From Jimgerdemannia flammicorona (taxonomy: Eukaryota), in NCBI GenBank assembly GCA_003990765.1, contig RBNJ01000159.1, positions 1 to 38,543 of the forward strand: a DNA stretch of 38,543 bases, given 5' to 3'. The notes beneath the pieces are model-generated. The model saw nothing but the letters and a program-made list of their open reading frames with translations, did no database searches and was not told the DNA's origin. Position numbers and translations under genes: made by a program. Shown here one piece after another: positions 1 to 12,929 of this stretch. The first letter of the stretch is position 1; each line of letters opens with the position of its first letter.

Positions 1-55
1 TTTTGGTAGGCATGCAACTATTCTGATATCTGATCTCCAATCGACCGGGCCATAG

Positions 56-1772
56 ATACATCCTCAATCGCGGCTGGATTGATAAGTCGGCGGACCGCAC
101 GCCGTCGTACAAGGAGATCGTCGGGGACGACGGTGTTGACCCGGACGAGGACGAGGAGGCCATCGAGGCCGCAGATCGGTTCGAGAGCAGCTACAACTTC
201 CGATACGAGGAACAGTGCGTGCCTTGGTTTTTCTTGTTTATTCGTTTTGTCACCGTGTTCGCAGCATTCTCGTATCGACTTCTGGTTCGTCGCTAAGGAA
301 TATGTTTATTAGATCCCGACCGACAGTTTTTTTATTTAATTTTTGATTTTTTTATCGCACTTAGAGGGGCGGAACAGCTTGTGACACACGCGCGCGACAT
401 CGAGGGCTCTGTGCGCCGCAAGGACGACCGGCGCAAGAAAACGCGCGCGTCCAAGGAAGAGCGCAAGCAGGAGGAAACCCTCAAGAAAATGGAGGAGCTG
501 AAGCGGCTAAAGAACCTTAAGATGAAGGAGATCCACGACAAGCTGAAGCAGATCCAGGAGATCACAGGGAACGATTGTAAGTTATGGGCGTGGTTTGGAA
601 GATTGTAGCCTATTTTGTTTGATGTACGTGGATGTCGATGTCGATGTCGATATGCCAGCTAACACATCTCTGTTTTTGTGTAGCCATCGGCGTCGACGAT
701 GTAGATCTGGAGGGCGATTTTGACCCGACCAAGTATGACGAGAAGATGGACAAAGCGTTCGATGACGGATACTACGAGAACGAAGAAAACAAGAAACCGC
801 AATGGGATGATGATATCGATATCGGTGACATCGTCGTCCCCGACGAGGAGGACAACGACGACGACGAGGTCGGCGTCTCCGCGAGGCAGGAGAGCAAGAA
901 AAGGAAGAAGGTGTGGCAGGACGAGGGCGAGAACGAAGAGCAGCTAGGGTGGGAGGAAGACGGATACAATGGGGAAGAGATATATGGCGGCGGAGGCGGC
1001 GATGACGAAGACTTCATCATGGACGCGGACTATCTGCCTGGTGGGGAGAAGTTCGATGCGAAGGGCAAAAAGGGCAAGAAGGACCGCAGGGCGGCAGCGA
1101 CGCAGGAAATCGCGCCGGGGTCGAAGAAGGCACAAACGAAGGAGTTTGAGAAGTACCTAGAGGAGTATTACCGGCTCGACTACGAAGATATGATCGGCGA
1201 CATACCCACCAGATTCAAATACCAGCAGGTCAGGCCCATGAATTTCGGGTTGTCACCCGTCGAGATCCTACTGGCGGATGATCAAGACTTGAACGAGGTC
1301 ATTGGCTTGAAGAAACTCGCGCCGTATGTATCTTGGAATCACTGGGCTCTATCGACGCGTTTGGTCATGATTATTATTATTATTTTATTATTATTATTTC
1401 TCTGACAATCTCTTTTATCCAACATCGCACAGCTTCCGGCCGGAAGAAAAGCAGCAGAGAGATCTGGTAAACTTCACCAAGTCCAAGAAGAAGCGGCTCA
1501 AGGAGTTTCGCAGGAAGCTGGTGCAGCAGGCGAAGGAGAAACGGCTTGACGAGACGCTGCCGGGGCCGTGGGTGCCACCGGTGCTGAAGAAGCGAAGGGC
1601 AAGGGAAGAAGAGAGGCGGAGGGAGAAGGAACGGGAGATAAAGGGCGACGGGAAGGGGGAAGGCGGGAAGAAGAAAAAGAAGCAGAAGATCATGAATAGT
1701 GATGGAGAGGAAGAAGCACCAGTGGTGGATGTCGGAGAGAAGAAAAAGAAGGCCAAAACGCTGGAGAATTAA
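56..1772 (+). CDS. KRI1: KRI1-family 40S ribosome biogenesis protein, 3' part (5' end lies outside the window). Exons ~56-214, 365-576, 684-1323, 1433-1772
   Basis: Joining at GT..AG introns gives one frame: YILNRGWID...ADRFESSYNFRYEE|GAEQLVTHARDIEGSVRRKD...EELKRLKNLK...|DLEGDFDP...EEYYRLDYEDMIGDIPTRFKY...FGLSPVEILLADDQDLNEVIGLKKLAP|FRPEE. These are the Kri1 and Kri1_C motifs. Stop TAA at 1770-1772. Confidence 0.93.
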
Positions 1773-2120
1773 TGGAGGGATGGGCCCACGTAGCTGACGA
1801 TACAAATCGCCTGGCTCGACCTTCAATATCATGTAATTATATAGATGTTAATACGAAATTCACACGTTGCCCCTCTGGATTTTGGGTTGTCGCTCAATCA
1901 TGTGTGATCGATCGATCGGCTGTCCTCCCTTGTTTTTGAAAGGGAATGCGTCTAGTCGTGACTTTCGCACACATAGTCGCACCTGATCGATAACGGAATT
2001 CGCATACACAGATTTTTCGGTTCACTAATATTTAAAATTGATACTGGAAAAAGCGCAATCCAGAAAACGGAAACGGTGACTACTGTGATGTATAATACGA
2101 TTGTTCAAGCACCTGTATCG

Positions 2121-2125
<5 letters not shown>

Positions 2126-2174
<49 letters not shown>

Positions 2175-2224
2175 AAAAAAGAAGAGAGAGGGGGGGAAAA
2201 AAAAAAAAAAAAAAAAAAAAAAAA
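2126..2224. repeat. Poly-A / purine low-complexity tract
   Basis: Two long A runs separated by gaaaaaaagaagagagagggggg, in the intergenic region. Confidence 0.9.
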
Positions 2225-2587
2225 CAGCGACGGCCTCGAAGCTTCTCCCTACAAAATGGTGAGAGTCAAGTGATGCTTGTCGGAAATAGAAAACAGTGAT
2301 AAGGCGTCTGTCTTATTATGCATACTGATGTACAAAAAAAGCTACTTGTTATATGAATTGTATGGTACATGAGACGTCGAGCGTCAGCTACGTCTCCAAA
2401 AATGTCTTCTATTCTCATTCTCATCGTTCAAGGCCTCCGTGATGACACTCGGCGTAGCCACGGTCTAGCCCTTCCTCGCACTCCGTACCCTACGCTCTAC
2501 GGCAGTTTTTTTCTTTCTTTCTTTTTTTTTTTTTTTTTTTTAACCATCACTTTTGATATGAACCCAAGCGCCCGCTAAGCCCCTAAC

Positions 2588-3082
2588 CTACTCCATCGGA
2601 TTTGTTTTCCCAGTCTGGTGGCTCGCAACGGAGGCGTGGTAGTGCACTTTGCACGTCTGCTGCGAGGGCTTGATCTCCATAGATCCGTACACCTGCTGTT
2701 GCCGACACGTGCACTCATCCTCATGCAACGAGCTGTAACCCCTGCTCCGCTTCGTTAGTGAGATCTTGCGCTTCAGATTCTCAGTGACTACATGCAGCGT
2801 ATCGCCAAAGGTAGGCCGTCCCAACGTCCCCGTCGCCCCTTCCTTGGCGGCTCGCTCGGGCTTCAGCTCTAGCGAACGTCGCTTGCGAGGCGTGTGTGCA
2901 CCGCCCGTGGTCGGATCCCCGTGGGCAGGCTCGTGGCCGTAGAGGTGGTAATGATCGCGGGACGGCGGGGCAGACGAGGAGGTGATGTGCGGAGTAGATG
3001 CGGAGTGGGAGTTGACGGGGTTGGGGTGGGTAGGAGTGGTGGGGGCGGAGAGGGAGCTTGGTTTTGCTCGGTGTTGGAGCAT
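2588..3082 (-). CDS. Hypothetical ~164-aa Ser/Pro/His-rich protein
   Basis: Open frame 2588-3286 with an ATG at 3082 (MLQHRAKPSS...TNPME*). It lies in CpG-rich, gene-like sequence. No domain recognised; start and exon structure uncertain. Confidence 0.45.
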   Translation of the reverse strand: MLQHRAKPSSLSAPTTPTHPNPVNSHSASTPHITSSSAPPSRDHYHLYGHEPAHGDPTTGGAHTPRKRRSLELKPERAAKEGATGTLGRPTFGDTLHVVTENLKRKISLTKRSRGYSSLHEDECTCRQQQVYGSMEIKPSQQTCKVHYHASVASHQTGKTNPME

Positions 3083-4060
3083 GGAGACGGTGATGGGTGT
3101 GGAGTGAGGGAGGGCGTCGACGAGTGCGGGATAAACAACAACAAAAAAGGTCAGCTGGGGGGCGGGCCGTGCAGGTCTTTCTCGGACTTCCAAAAGCGTT
3201 CCCATGAGGCCGATCCCTCTGCACTGACTCAAAAACGTTAAATGTATACAAAATACATCCCTCCACGTGTGACAATGAGTGAGCAAAGACCGCTTGATGC
3301 ACCCCTTGCACCAAACCCTAATCTATTGCCATGCTTCGTTATTGTCTCACACCGCGAAGCGACACGCAACAGATTGCGTGGGGCTAACCAAGCTGGTATT
3401 CCTGGACAGAGAACTAAGCATATGTATATATATTGGCTAACAATAGCTAATACTATGACACTATGACACTGTAATGATGGTCAAAGCTCTAAAGCTAAGA
3501 AGGATTTCCATATCTAAATATCTTAAATTACATTTATAATATTATTTGTGTTATAGTTAAATTAGAGATTTTGTTTTTTATATTATATTCAATCTTTATT
3601 AATAAATATATAGCTATTTATTAGTTATTTATAAGAAATAATAATATATTAAATTTAGTTTAATATCTTTTTATTATCCATTTTATATACTATAATATAT
3701 AATTTATATCTAAGTATAACTCAATATATTACTTGATAGAAGACTTATTTTGATTTTTTTTTTAATTAAAAGTAATTATAAATAAAGTTTTATCTAAGAA
3801 CTTTTGAGTAGCAGTTGAGAGTTATCTAGGAGTGAGATAATAGGAAAATAGTGAGAGAGATTATTGAGATAGCTTAAGGGAGAGACTAGTGGATTATATC
3901 AATAATGAATAACTTACCTTTGGGTAGGTTTTGATAGTATGGATAGTTATTGAAGGTATATATTCAAGAAGATAGTGCTCCAAATGAGTCAAATCTAGAT
4001 TTGATTCATCATATGATAGTTTGATCCAAATCTCAAATCTGAAGCCATCTGAACCACCCC

Positions 4061-4187
4061 AATCCAAATCACTTAATCTGAATCATTTAATCTGAATCAC
4101 TTAATCTGAATCACTTAATCCAAATCCTTTAATTCAAATCCTCTAATTCAAATCCTTCAATTCAAATCCTCTAATTCAAATCCTCTA
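4061..4187 (+). repeat. hAT left subterminal array of ~14-bp units (aatcacttaatctg / aattcaaatcctct)
   Basis: Tandem units directly visible; the counterpart is at ~35027-35265 on the - strand. Subterminal arrays are typical hAT transposase-binding regions. Confidence 0.8.
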
Positions 4188-5956
4188 CATAACTTATATA
4201 TCAGATATATCTATAATACAATATATATACATACATATACAATATACACACATATATACACATGTACACACAAACACACAAACACACATGTCAACAGATC
4301 AGTCTTCAATAGTTCATAGTACCAATGATGCTTCAAGTTAAACATTCCTGATAGTTCCACACCTTCCATATAATTCTTGCTCTGAAATCTGGCAACATTA
4401 TACTAAGATAGGAGATGATGTTGTTTGTAATTATTACAAGTAAAAAATTAAGATGCACCTATTGACACTTTTTGTTTTGACATATATATGATATTGTTTC
4501 ATCCATCTCCATAAACTATACTAGCCAGAAGTTCAAAATGCTTGGTAGTACAACTTCAAATATATATTGATACATAAAAGACAAGCACTTTGACAAAATC
4601 AAAAAGAATATAGAGATAAATAAAATTGACATCCAAGCTATAATAGGTATGTTTGTCCAATTGCCTGACTATTTCTATACTAATAATGCTATTTAATCAA
4701 AAATATTTAGCCATACTCTTTAGCAGAATTTTGAAATTAGCTTATTCACTAAATTATATATATAGACTAACTATTCACAACTATTGAGAGTGATCAATTA
4801 CATAGTATCTTTGGTTTTCTTAAGTATGATTTATATTTGCCAAATACTAATACTATTTGTAAAGATATCTTGAAGGCCTATAGGAAGGAGCACAATAATC
4901 TCTACCAGATACTTCAGGTAAAATAAGAGTAGCACTATGACCTTTGTAAGCTGAATTATATAAAAGAGCTCACCAATTTAACCTCATATTCAATAAGCAG
5001 AATTTGGCAGGCAAAATTTCATTTACAATCAACATATAGATATCTCCTAATATAATTTCATTTCTGGGCATTACTGGTCATTAGATTGATCTTGATTAGC
5101 AGCTTAAATCTCTCACTCTTGACTTCATCAAACTTGCTGGCTCTTATTCTGGAGATAATATTGCAGATATTTTTATTAGTTATATCTAGGAGCTTGAGAT
5201 TACAACCAAGGTAAAAAAGGAGAGCTTGCCATCAGATTGGTATTTTGAGAGAGGTCCTAAAACAAACCAGATTTTATTAGTTATTTATTTTCATATAAAT
5301 TCACTGATCAAATATTTCAAGTATAGATTTTGGCCATTATGACAGATAATGCCACAAACAACTTAACATTTTTCTAAGTTTTAGTGGTCAGCCTTAAATA
5401 GAAAAACATGGCCTTTGGTGCAGAAAGCTGCTGTGTATGATGTCAGGCCCACATACTGAACCTTGCTATTCAGGACTATCTTATGCACATAGACAAAACA
5501 TCCAAGAGAGAAGAGGCCCTGAGTATAATTTCCAAGCTAAACAAACTGGTTGTATCAGTTCAATCATCTCCACAATAATAAGACAAATTTGCTATATAGT
5601 ATAGGGCAATTAGTTTAGCCCTGAAAGAGCTTATATTGGATGTCTGTATATATTGAAACTCAATATTTACAATGATTCAGCATACGCTGGAGTTTGCTAT
5701 AGTATGCATCCTTTTTTTCTTCAGTCAGCTGAAGCAACTTATTTCAGATGATTGAAGATTTATTTTAAAAAAAAAACAAAAAAAGTCAATAGATTTAATG
5801 GTGGCTGCTAATAAGAAAATATAGGCTAAGGCTCTAGGTAAAAGTGAGTGGGATATACTTAGGAACCTTTCTCCGGTAACATTCAGGTTACACAATCTTT
5901 TGGCAATACTTTTGATATAGTTTCTGGAGAAAAGCTACTAGTATCATGGCGATCAA

Positions 5957-7960
5957 TGAGCATCCTGAGGTGCATACTGGGCAGGGTGGCCCTGGAGCAT
6001 TTGAATGGCAGTAAGTGGGAAGAGACCTTGGCTTGGGGGGAAGTATGAGGGGCCTGCTGGCAGGAGGCCATAGTGGAGGAGGGGGCAGAGCTGGAGGTCA
6101 AGGGTCTGGCAGAGTGAGCTTTGCAGAGAAGGTGAAGGGGGGTTAGTAGGGAGCTGGACTAGAGAGCTGGCTGAGAGGGGGGAAGGTGCCGGTGAAGGAT
6201 ACCAGATGGCAACCTCTTGGGGGCACCTCTCTGGAGGGCCATAGAGATGGAGCTGGGGGGGTAGCAGCTGGGGTGGGAACTGCTGATGGGGGTGTGATGG
6301 GTGATCTGGAAAAAAATCTAGATGGGACTGCTGATAGTGAGCCGAGTGGTGGGAAGAACACGAGGTCTGGAATCTGGCAGATGGTGTAATGGGACTAGCA
6401 GTGGCTCCATTACTCAAGAAGTCGATCTCGGCGTTCATGGTCACATTGTGCTTCTGAGGCTTAGCAGTGATAGTGAAAATAGTGTTGGGACTTATCGCTA
6501 AGCAGGTGGCAAGAGTGGCTTCGGTGAAGTTTCTGAAAGGACTGGAGGGGGTGGAGGTGGGTTTTGAGGAGGCTGAACTGCTGGAGGAAGCACTGAAGGT
6601 TGGGTTGGTGGTTGGGAAGGTATGTGTTCCGATGGTGAGGTGTTTGAAATGGGATCCGAGGGTGGTCCAACTGCTGATGAAAGGAGTACCCACAGTGACA
6701 GCGATGGAGACAAGGAAGAGAGTAGAGGATATCATGGCAGAGTACAGAGAGGTGGTGGATATCGGATTCAGGGTCTGGGAAGGGACCATGCTCAGGACTG
6801 AGGATGTGGATATGAGAATTTGGCTGGCTGGGAAAGAGGCTACTGGGAAGGTGAGGGACTGGCCTTCAGTGATGGTTTGGAGACCATTCTTGTGCAAGGT
6901 GATGCAGGTGAAAGGAAGTGAAGAAGAGGAGGAAGATTTATTAGAAGCACTGAAAGAACTGGATGGGGCTGTGGAGCAGCAAGCTAAGGCCTGGAAGACT
7001 TTCAAGGAGTTGACACACCTGAATGTGGTGGATGGAAAGAGGATTCAAGTGGACAAGATGCAGTGAGAAAGGGCTCAGGGGTGGAAGAGGCAGAAGGATC
7101 TGCTGGCTAAACTGGGGGGTGGACCACAGAAGGATGAGAGTATGAAAATGGGTGCAGAAGGGGCCAGAGCGAGCATCTGGGCTGGTGAGAGGAGTGGGAA
7201 TAATGGGGCAAAGACAGGGAAGGCAAAAGAGGTGAAGATTAACAATCCATATGCTGATGACACCTTGGAGGTTTGGGATGAAGTCTGGGAGAACTCCCCC
7301 ACCCCTTCCCCTCTTATCAGGCATGGCCCGGCTTCCAGGAACAAGTCTGGGGAGGATATGATGATGCTAGGGACCCAGCAGGTGAAATTCAGCATTCTGG
7401 AGGTAATGGATGGGGACCAAGTAGTGGCAGATGGGGAGGAGAAACTGGTGGATGTCTCAGAGGTGTGGGATGAGGATGCAAGTGCTGGAGCTGATACCAT
7501 GATATTGGATGGAGGGAGGCCGGTGACCCCTGGCAGGAAGGAGGTGGGGAACCTACTTTGGATGTACCAGATGATGAATAACCTGGTGGCAGAAGAGCTG
7601 GGGGAGGTGGACTTGCGTGGGATGAGTGATGAGCACTAGATGAGAATTTTGCAGGGGGAAGGTATGGTGATGGCACTGAAGGCGGAAATTCTCATGGTGT
7701 ATCTGGAGGAGGAAGGGTATGAGGTAGACAAGGAGAGGGAGGCAGAGTTGGCAGTTATCTCTGGGGAGAGGGCTGAGTACTGTTAGAACAAGTGTCATGG
7801 GTTGCAGCTTTGGCAGAAGGCTTGCATTGAGTATAGAGAGGAGTTTGAGGAGAAGGCTGATGAGGAGATGAATGAGCTGTTGACTGGATTAGAGGCTCAG
7901 AGGGCTGAAGAGGAGGAGGTGATGACTGAACATAATCTGGACATAGCACAGGAGGGGATG
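5957..7960 (+). pseudogene. LINE ORF1 region, degenerate; boundaries approximate
   Basis: Long G-rich open stretches (6467-7066, 7142-7639) upstream of ORF2, conserved in the second LINE copy. No clear zinc knuckle seen. Confidence 0.55.
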
Positions 7961-8005
7961 AGCATGGAGCAGTAGGAATCGATTGAGAACACACCATATT
8001 TCATT

Positions 8006-11000
8006 ATGAACAGTACAACCAACATTTTTTCTTTGAATGTAAATGGGCTAAGGGGCACAGTTAGATGTAGGAACATTTTATTTGGTTGAAGGGATTGGAG
8101 GCTGATCTCTTCCTCTTGCAGGATATTAGGTGTGAGGAGGACTCTGATAGGGTGGAATGGACTAAGGAATGGGGTGGCATGGCGATTTGGAATAGCAAGG
8201 TTGGGATTCTAGTTCGGAAAGGTAGAGGGGAGATAAGAGATGTGAGGAGCTGGGGGGAGAGACTGGTCTGGGGTGAGTGGATTCATGCAGGTTGAGAGCC
8301 AGTCACAGTTGGCTCCTGTTACTGCCCTGCTGTGTGGAGGGAGCATGTGGATTGGGTGAAAGGGCTCCAGGAGAGTGGGATCCTTGCTGAAGCTGGGTTG
8401 GATATGCTTGGAGGAGATTTCAATATAGTTCAGGATATACGGCTAGATAGAACTGATGGAGGACAGGGTGCTGAGAGCAGGAGTGAGGGGCTGGTAATGT
8501 GGGAGGAAGTCAAAAGGCTAGGAGCACTGGCAGATGCTAGTAGGGAGTACTGGGGGGATAAGAGGATATATACACATTGGGCTAGAGGTCTGGGGACAAG
8601 GATTGACTGGATTCTGATGGCCAACTGTTGGGGCTGTGATGTTTAGAAGGTGCTAGAGGTAGAATGGTATCTGTGGTCAGATCACTGGGGCCTTTTGGGA
8701 CAAGGGTGTTTTGGGGGAAGTGGTAATAGGCCTGGACATTGGCACCTAAATTCCTCCTTGTTGGATGATGAGTCCTGGTGGGAGGAGTGGGTGAAAGACA
8801 TTCAGCTGAAGGTGGAGAAGTGGCAGCAGGAAGGAGCCGTAATTGGGGTTCGGTAGATGAGGATGAAAGAGATGGCCAGGATGTACTGGAGCAAAGCTGG
8901 CAGAGTGGCTGGGAAGTAGCAGAGGCAGAGAGTGCATTGAGCTTCTACTAGATTAGCTAGGCTCCTGGAGGAGTGGGCGAGACTGGTAGTAGTGGAGGGA
9001 GAAGAGAATTGGAGAATAACGAGGGTGAAGATAGAGGTTGGGGAACTACAACAGGTGCTGTGGGAAGAGGAAGAGTCAAGGTTGCAAGGCCTGGTGGCAT
9101 GGCTTCATTGGCAGGGGCTGGAGGAAGGGGAGAGGCCTTCCAAGTTTCTCACGAGGACACTTCGAGTGAGAAGAGTACAGCAGTGGTGGGAAGGGGTACT
9201 TGACTCAGATGGTATACTAGTGCATGGTGTACAGAATATTCTTGGAACACTGAAGGCATGATGGAGTGGATTGTGGAGTGAGAAGGAGGGTGGGACAGAT
9301 GCTACAGCTATTGACCAAACATTAGAAGATTGGCACCCACCACAAGCTGAGAGATTAGGTGACCTGGTGATGCCTGTAAAGGAGGATGAGATCCACCAGG
9401 TTCTTGCCACGACAGCCTTGGGTATAGCACCTGGGGAGGATGGCCTACCCTGGGACTTCTGGAAGTGAATGGTTGGAGTCCCAGGCATATTGGGGGAGAT
9501 GATAGCACTGTGTGACTTTATATTGCAGTCAGGGAGATGGGTGGGGGAGCAGGATCTTGGACTGGTAATGCTGCTTTATAAGAACAAAGGAAGGTGAGAG
9601 GATTGGAAGAACTGGTGGCCAATAATATTGCTCAATATAGACAGAAAGTTGGTGACTAAGGTGGTGGTCACAAGACTACAGAAGGTAGCCTAGCAAATTG
9701 TAGGTGTTGAGCAGAGGGGCTTCATAGGGGGTCAGCTTATTAGAGATGGCACAGCCTGGGTACATAGAGTTATTGAAGGTGCTCAAGCCTGTGGACTGGA
9801 TGGATGTCTTGTCTTCTTGGACCAGGAGAAGGCTTATGACCAGGTGTAGCGAGTCTGGCTGGCGAAAGTATTAAATAGAATTGGGGTTCCAGTCCCATTT
9901 CAGTCAGTAATGATCAGCCTACTGGAAAGGAGTAGGGCTGCACTAGTGTGTAATGGGCATAGAGGGGTAGCATTCCCTCTGGGTAAGGGAGTGCCCCAGG
10001 GGGACCCACTATCCCCCATTTTGTATGCCCTTTCTTTGGAACCTCTAATGGACAGGATTCGACAGAGGATAGTGGGGCTCTCTATCTATGGAGTTGGCTG
10101 GAAAGTTGGAGCCTTTGCAGATGACATGGTAGTTGGTTTGGGAGTGACTGCTGATGTTGAGAAGCTCAAGAAGACAGTGGAGTGGTATGAGGAGAACTCT
10201 GGGGTGAAGCTGAATTGGCACAAGTATGAAACAATAGTGCTGGGTAATGGCCTGGTGGGCAGAGAGGTTATTGGAACAATTGTCCCCACTGGAGAGACAG
10301 TGCGGTACTTGGGTATCTATTTGTCAGTCTATGGGTCTGTTCTGCCCAGGCTGTGGTGGGAGCAGAGGATTGGAATTTGGGAGGAGGACCTGCGGGGTTG
10401 GGGGGGAAGACACTTCTCTCTGGCAGGAAGGATCTTGATTTTGAATGTATACTGGCTGTCAAAGCTGTGGTATCTGGCTTATCATCTGGACTTCCCAGCC
10501 TAGGTGGTAAAGAGATTGGTGAAGGTGGCCAAGGGATGGATTTGGGCTGGCAGACGGAGTCAGATTGGTTGGGAGACTTTGTCCCTACTGGTGGCGAGAG
10601 GTGGTCTTGGGCTGGTGGACTTCCCCAAATGACTACACTGCTTGAGGGCATGGTGGCTTAAGAGGGTGGTGGAGTTGCGTGGAGGGGGCTGGGTTCCCCT
10701 GCTGCAGAAGGTCTGGGAGAGGCAGTCATCACTAAGAGGCTCAACTGGTGATCTTCTTTCATTAGTTGGGCTTTGGAATACTGCACAACTGTGATATAAA
10801 GGCTTCTGGTGGAGGATAGCTGAGGGGGCACACTGCATTGGTATTCGCTGGCAAGGGGATGAGGGGGAGAGGGCTTAGGGCCCGGTGATGTAGAGATGAG
10901 ATGGTGTTCTTCTGGGAGGCATGCCTTTACTTGAGTTCAACATTGGTGATAGAGTCGAATGCCAAAGGGAACCAGGCCAGGATCTGTGGTCTAGTGGTTG

Positions 11001-11660
11001 GCAAGGAGTTGGAATTGGTGAGGAGTGAGACTGGCATGGGGTTTGGACCTGGAGTGCTGCAGTGAAAAATTGGATGCCACCAAAGTACTGGGTGGTCTGG
11101 TGATGCATGCTGAGGAGGAATGTGATGCTTAACTTCTACTCAGGACACCTTGTCATAGGAGGCTGCTTTGACTATAAGGAGTGCCATAATGTAGGGCAGG
11201 AAGGGGGATTTGTACAGATGTCAGAACATTGGCTAGGAGAGTGTGAGATGTTGGAAGACTTTTGGCGGACCATTGGGGACTGCTTGGGGGTGAGGCATAG
11301 GGGAGATGATGTATGGGGGAGGTGGGAGGACCTGAGGGATCAATTAGTAGAAGGGGTAGGGGAGGAGTAGATTACTTTAGGCTGGGCACTGGCTATTTGG
11401 ATTGGGCTGGCCGGTCACTGGCTATTTGTATTTGAGGAGGAGAGGTGACAGAACTTGGGGAGCTGGTTATCATGGTAGCAGTGCCTTATGGAGGATACCT
11501 TGACAGGCTGGTGGCTTGGTTGGGGGCTGCAGGGGGGTCGGAGGCACCGCTTGGTGGTAAAAATCTGTGGTCAGAGTGGTGGGAGAGTTGGAGTTGTTGG
11601 CAAGAGAGTGGTCTTTATACATGAAGAGGTGGGGAGGGGCCCCCCAATGGGGATTGGATA
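8006..11660 (+). pseudogene. LINE ORF2: APE endonuclease, reverse transcriptase and C-terminal Cys/His motif
   Basis: APE motifs SLNVNGLRG, DLFLLQ, LGGDFN, RIDWIL, SDH. RT motifs APGEDGLP, KNW.PIILLNIDRK, LDQEKAYD, GVPQGDPLSPILY, FADDM, RYLG, SLAGRILILN, and a C-terminal EHWLGEC. Several premature stops. Confidence 0.95.
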
Positions 11661-11720
11661 GTGGGTGGTGATATTGTATACTTATTCATAGACTGGTAAT
11701 AAAGATGGAGTCCAAGGAAC

Positions 11721-11782
<62 letters not shown>

Positions 11783-12929
11783 ATATACTTAGGAATATTG
11801 TCAGAGTTTTGGAAGTAAGTAGTGATTGCTCTGGCTCTATATTTGTTTTGTCTACCTCCATACTCATTTTGTCTACCTCTGTATAATGCAATATCTCACT
11901 ATATAACTACCAGTATTTCGATGATTGTATGAAGGATATAGTCAAACAAATGACTCTGACAATAAGCTTAGCAATATCAGTATACAATCTTCTGATTGAC
12001 TGGCTAGAGGATGAGCTTGAGGACAGGCTGGAGGGTTGTAGTAATTTACAGTTGAGTCCAGATCAGAGAGATATTATAGAGGTTGCTTTAAGTAAGCTCA
12101 GAAAATACTACTCTTAAACAGATACCACCATATACTCAATCAGTACAGGTATGTCAATGTTGGCATATGGTCATTGCCCCTTCTAAAGCAGAAAAACTCC
12201 TGCAAAAACTCACTCTTTCTTTTCTTTGAACAGTGCTGGACCCACACTTAAAGCTATAATACTATAAAGATCAGGGCTGGGAGCAGTACTTTATTGAGAG
12301 AACCAAGCAGGCTGTAATTGAAATATACCAGGAAAACTATGTACCATTGCAAGATTTCAACCAAAGTCTGAATAAATATGCTGAGAGATCTCTCCTGTCC
12401 CACATTTACTTCAGCAGAAAGAGGAAGAGAGAGCCATTAGTAGAAGAGCTGCTGTCAATAGATGAACTTATCATTTATCTTGCCAGTGACCACGTGATCC
12501 TGCTGGAGGGCACAGAGGTGCTCAACTGGTGGAAAGTGAGTTGTCAGGCAGGCATTGGGCCAATTAAACCCACTAATCTAACTATTGCTCTACTCACTGG
12601 GGTATGCAGTTGCATCAAACAGACTTTCCTAGCCTATGTAGTATGGCTTGAGACTATCTGGTGATTTCTGCCTCCAGTGCTCCCATTGAGCAGATATTCT
12701 CAGGTGGAGTGGACCTCATTGCCTCAAAGAGATGTGTACTGAATGCTGAGACAACCCAGGCATGTATGTGTTTGAAGTCTTGGTGGGGCTTGGGCTGCTA
12801 AAATTTAGCAGGTCCTGGGGGTTCATGGATAAGTTGGTTGGCCTTGTGGAATATTTAATATCTTTCAAAAATAATAAAAAGGTTAAAAAAGCTAAGGACT
12901 TGACCTGGAGTTTGCAGCCCAAGTAGGGC

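Larger units (their letters stand above)
5866..11779 (+). mobile_element. Full-length non-LTR retrotransposon (L1/Tx1-like LINE)
   Basis: 16-bp TSD GGGATATACTTAGGAA at 5850-5865 and 11780-11795. AATAAA at 11698 and a pure A tail at 11724-11779. The empty site is present in hAT copy 2 (~33075-33110, - strand). Confidence 0.95.
4288..12801 (+). pseudogene. hAT transposase with introns, degenerate and split by the LINE at 5866-11779
   Basis: Two-copy consensus: BED finger (SEIWQH...VCNYC...TSN..H...KH), ISFTID.W.SPN..SFLGITGHWID, ILAI.TDNATNN, C.AHILNLAIQ, LILDV.T.WNSTF.MI, VLDP..K, and the dimerisation domain WWK...FPSL..MA.DYL.ISASSAPIE.IFS. Confidence 0.92.

Noticed and set aside
2076..2273. 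Poly-Lys ORF (and the poly-Phe ORFs at 2369-2578 and 11682-11891)
   Set aside because: They are translations of homopolymer tracts.
3470..3972. Possible solo LTR or old TE relic beginning tgtaatg
   Set aside because: Too decayed; no partner end, TSD or readable motif.
5953..7005. 350-aa minus-strand ORF and other antisense ORFs across the LINE and KRI1
   Set aside because: These are shadows of purine/G-rich coding strands, Ser/Pro/Phe-rich with no motifs.
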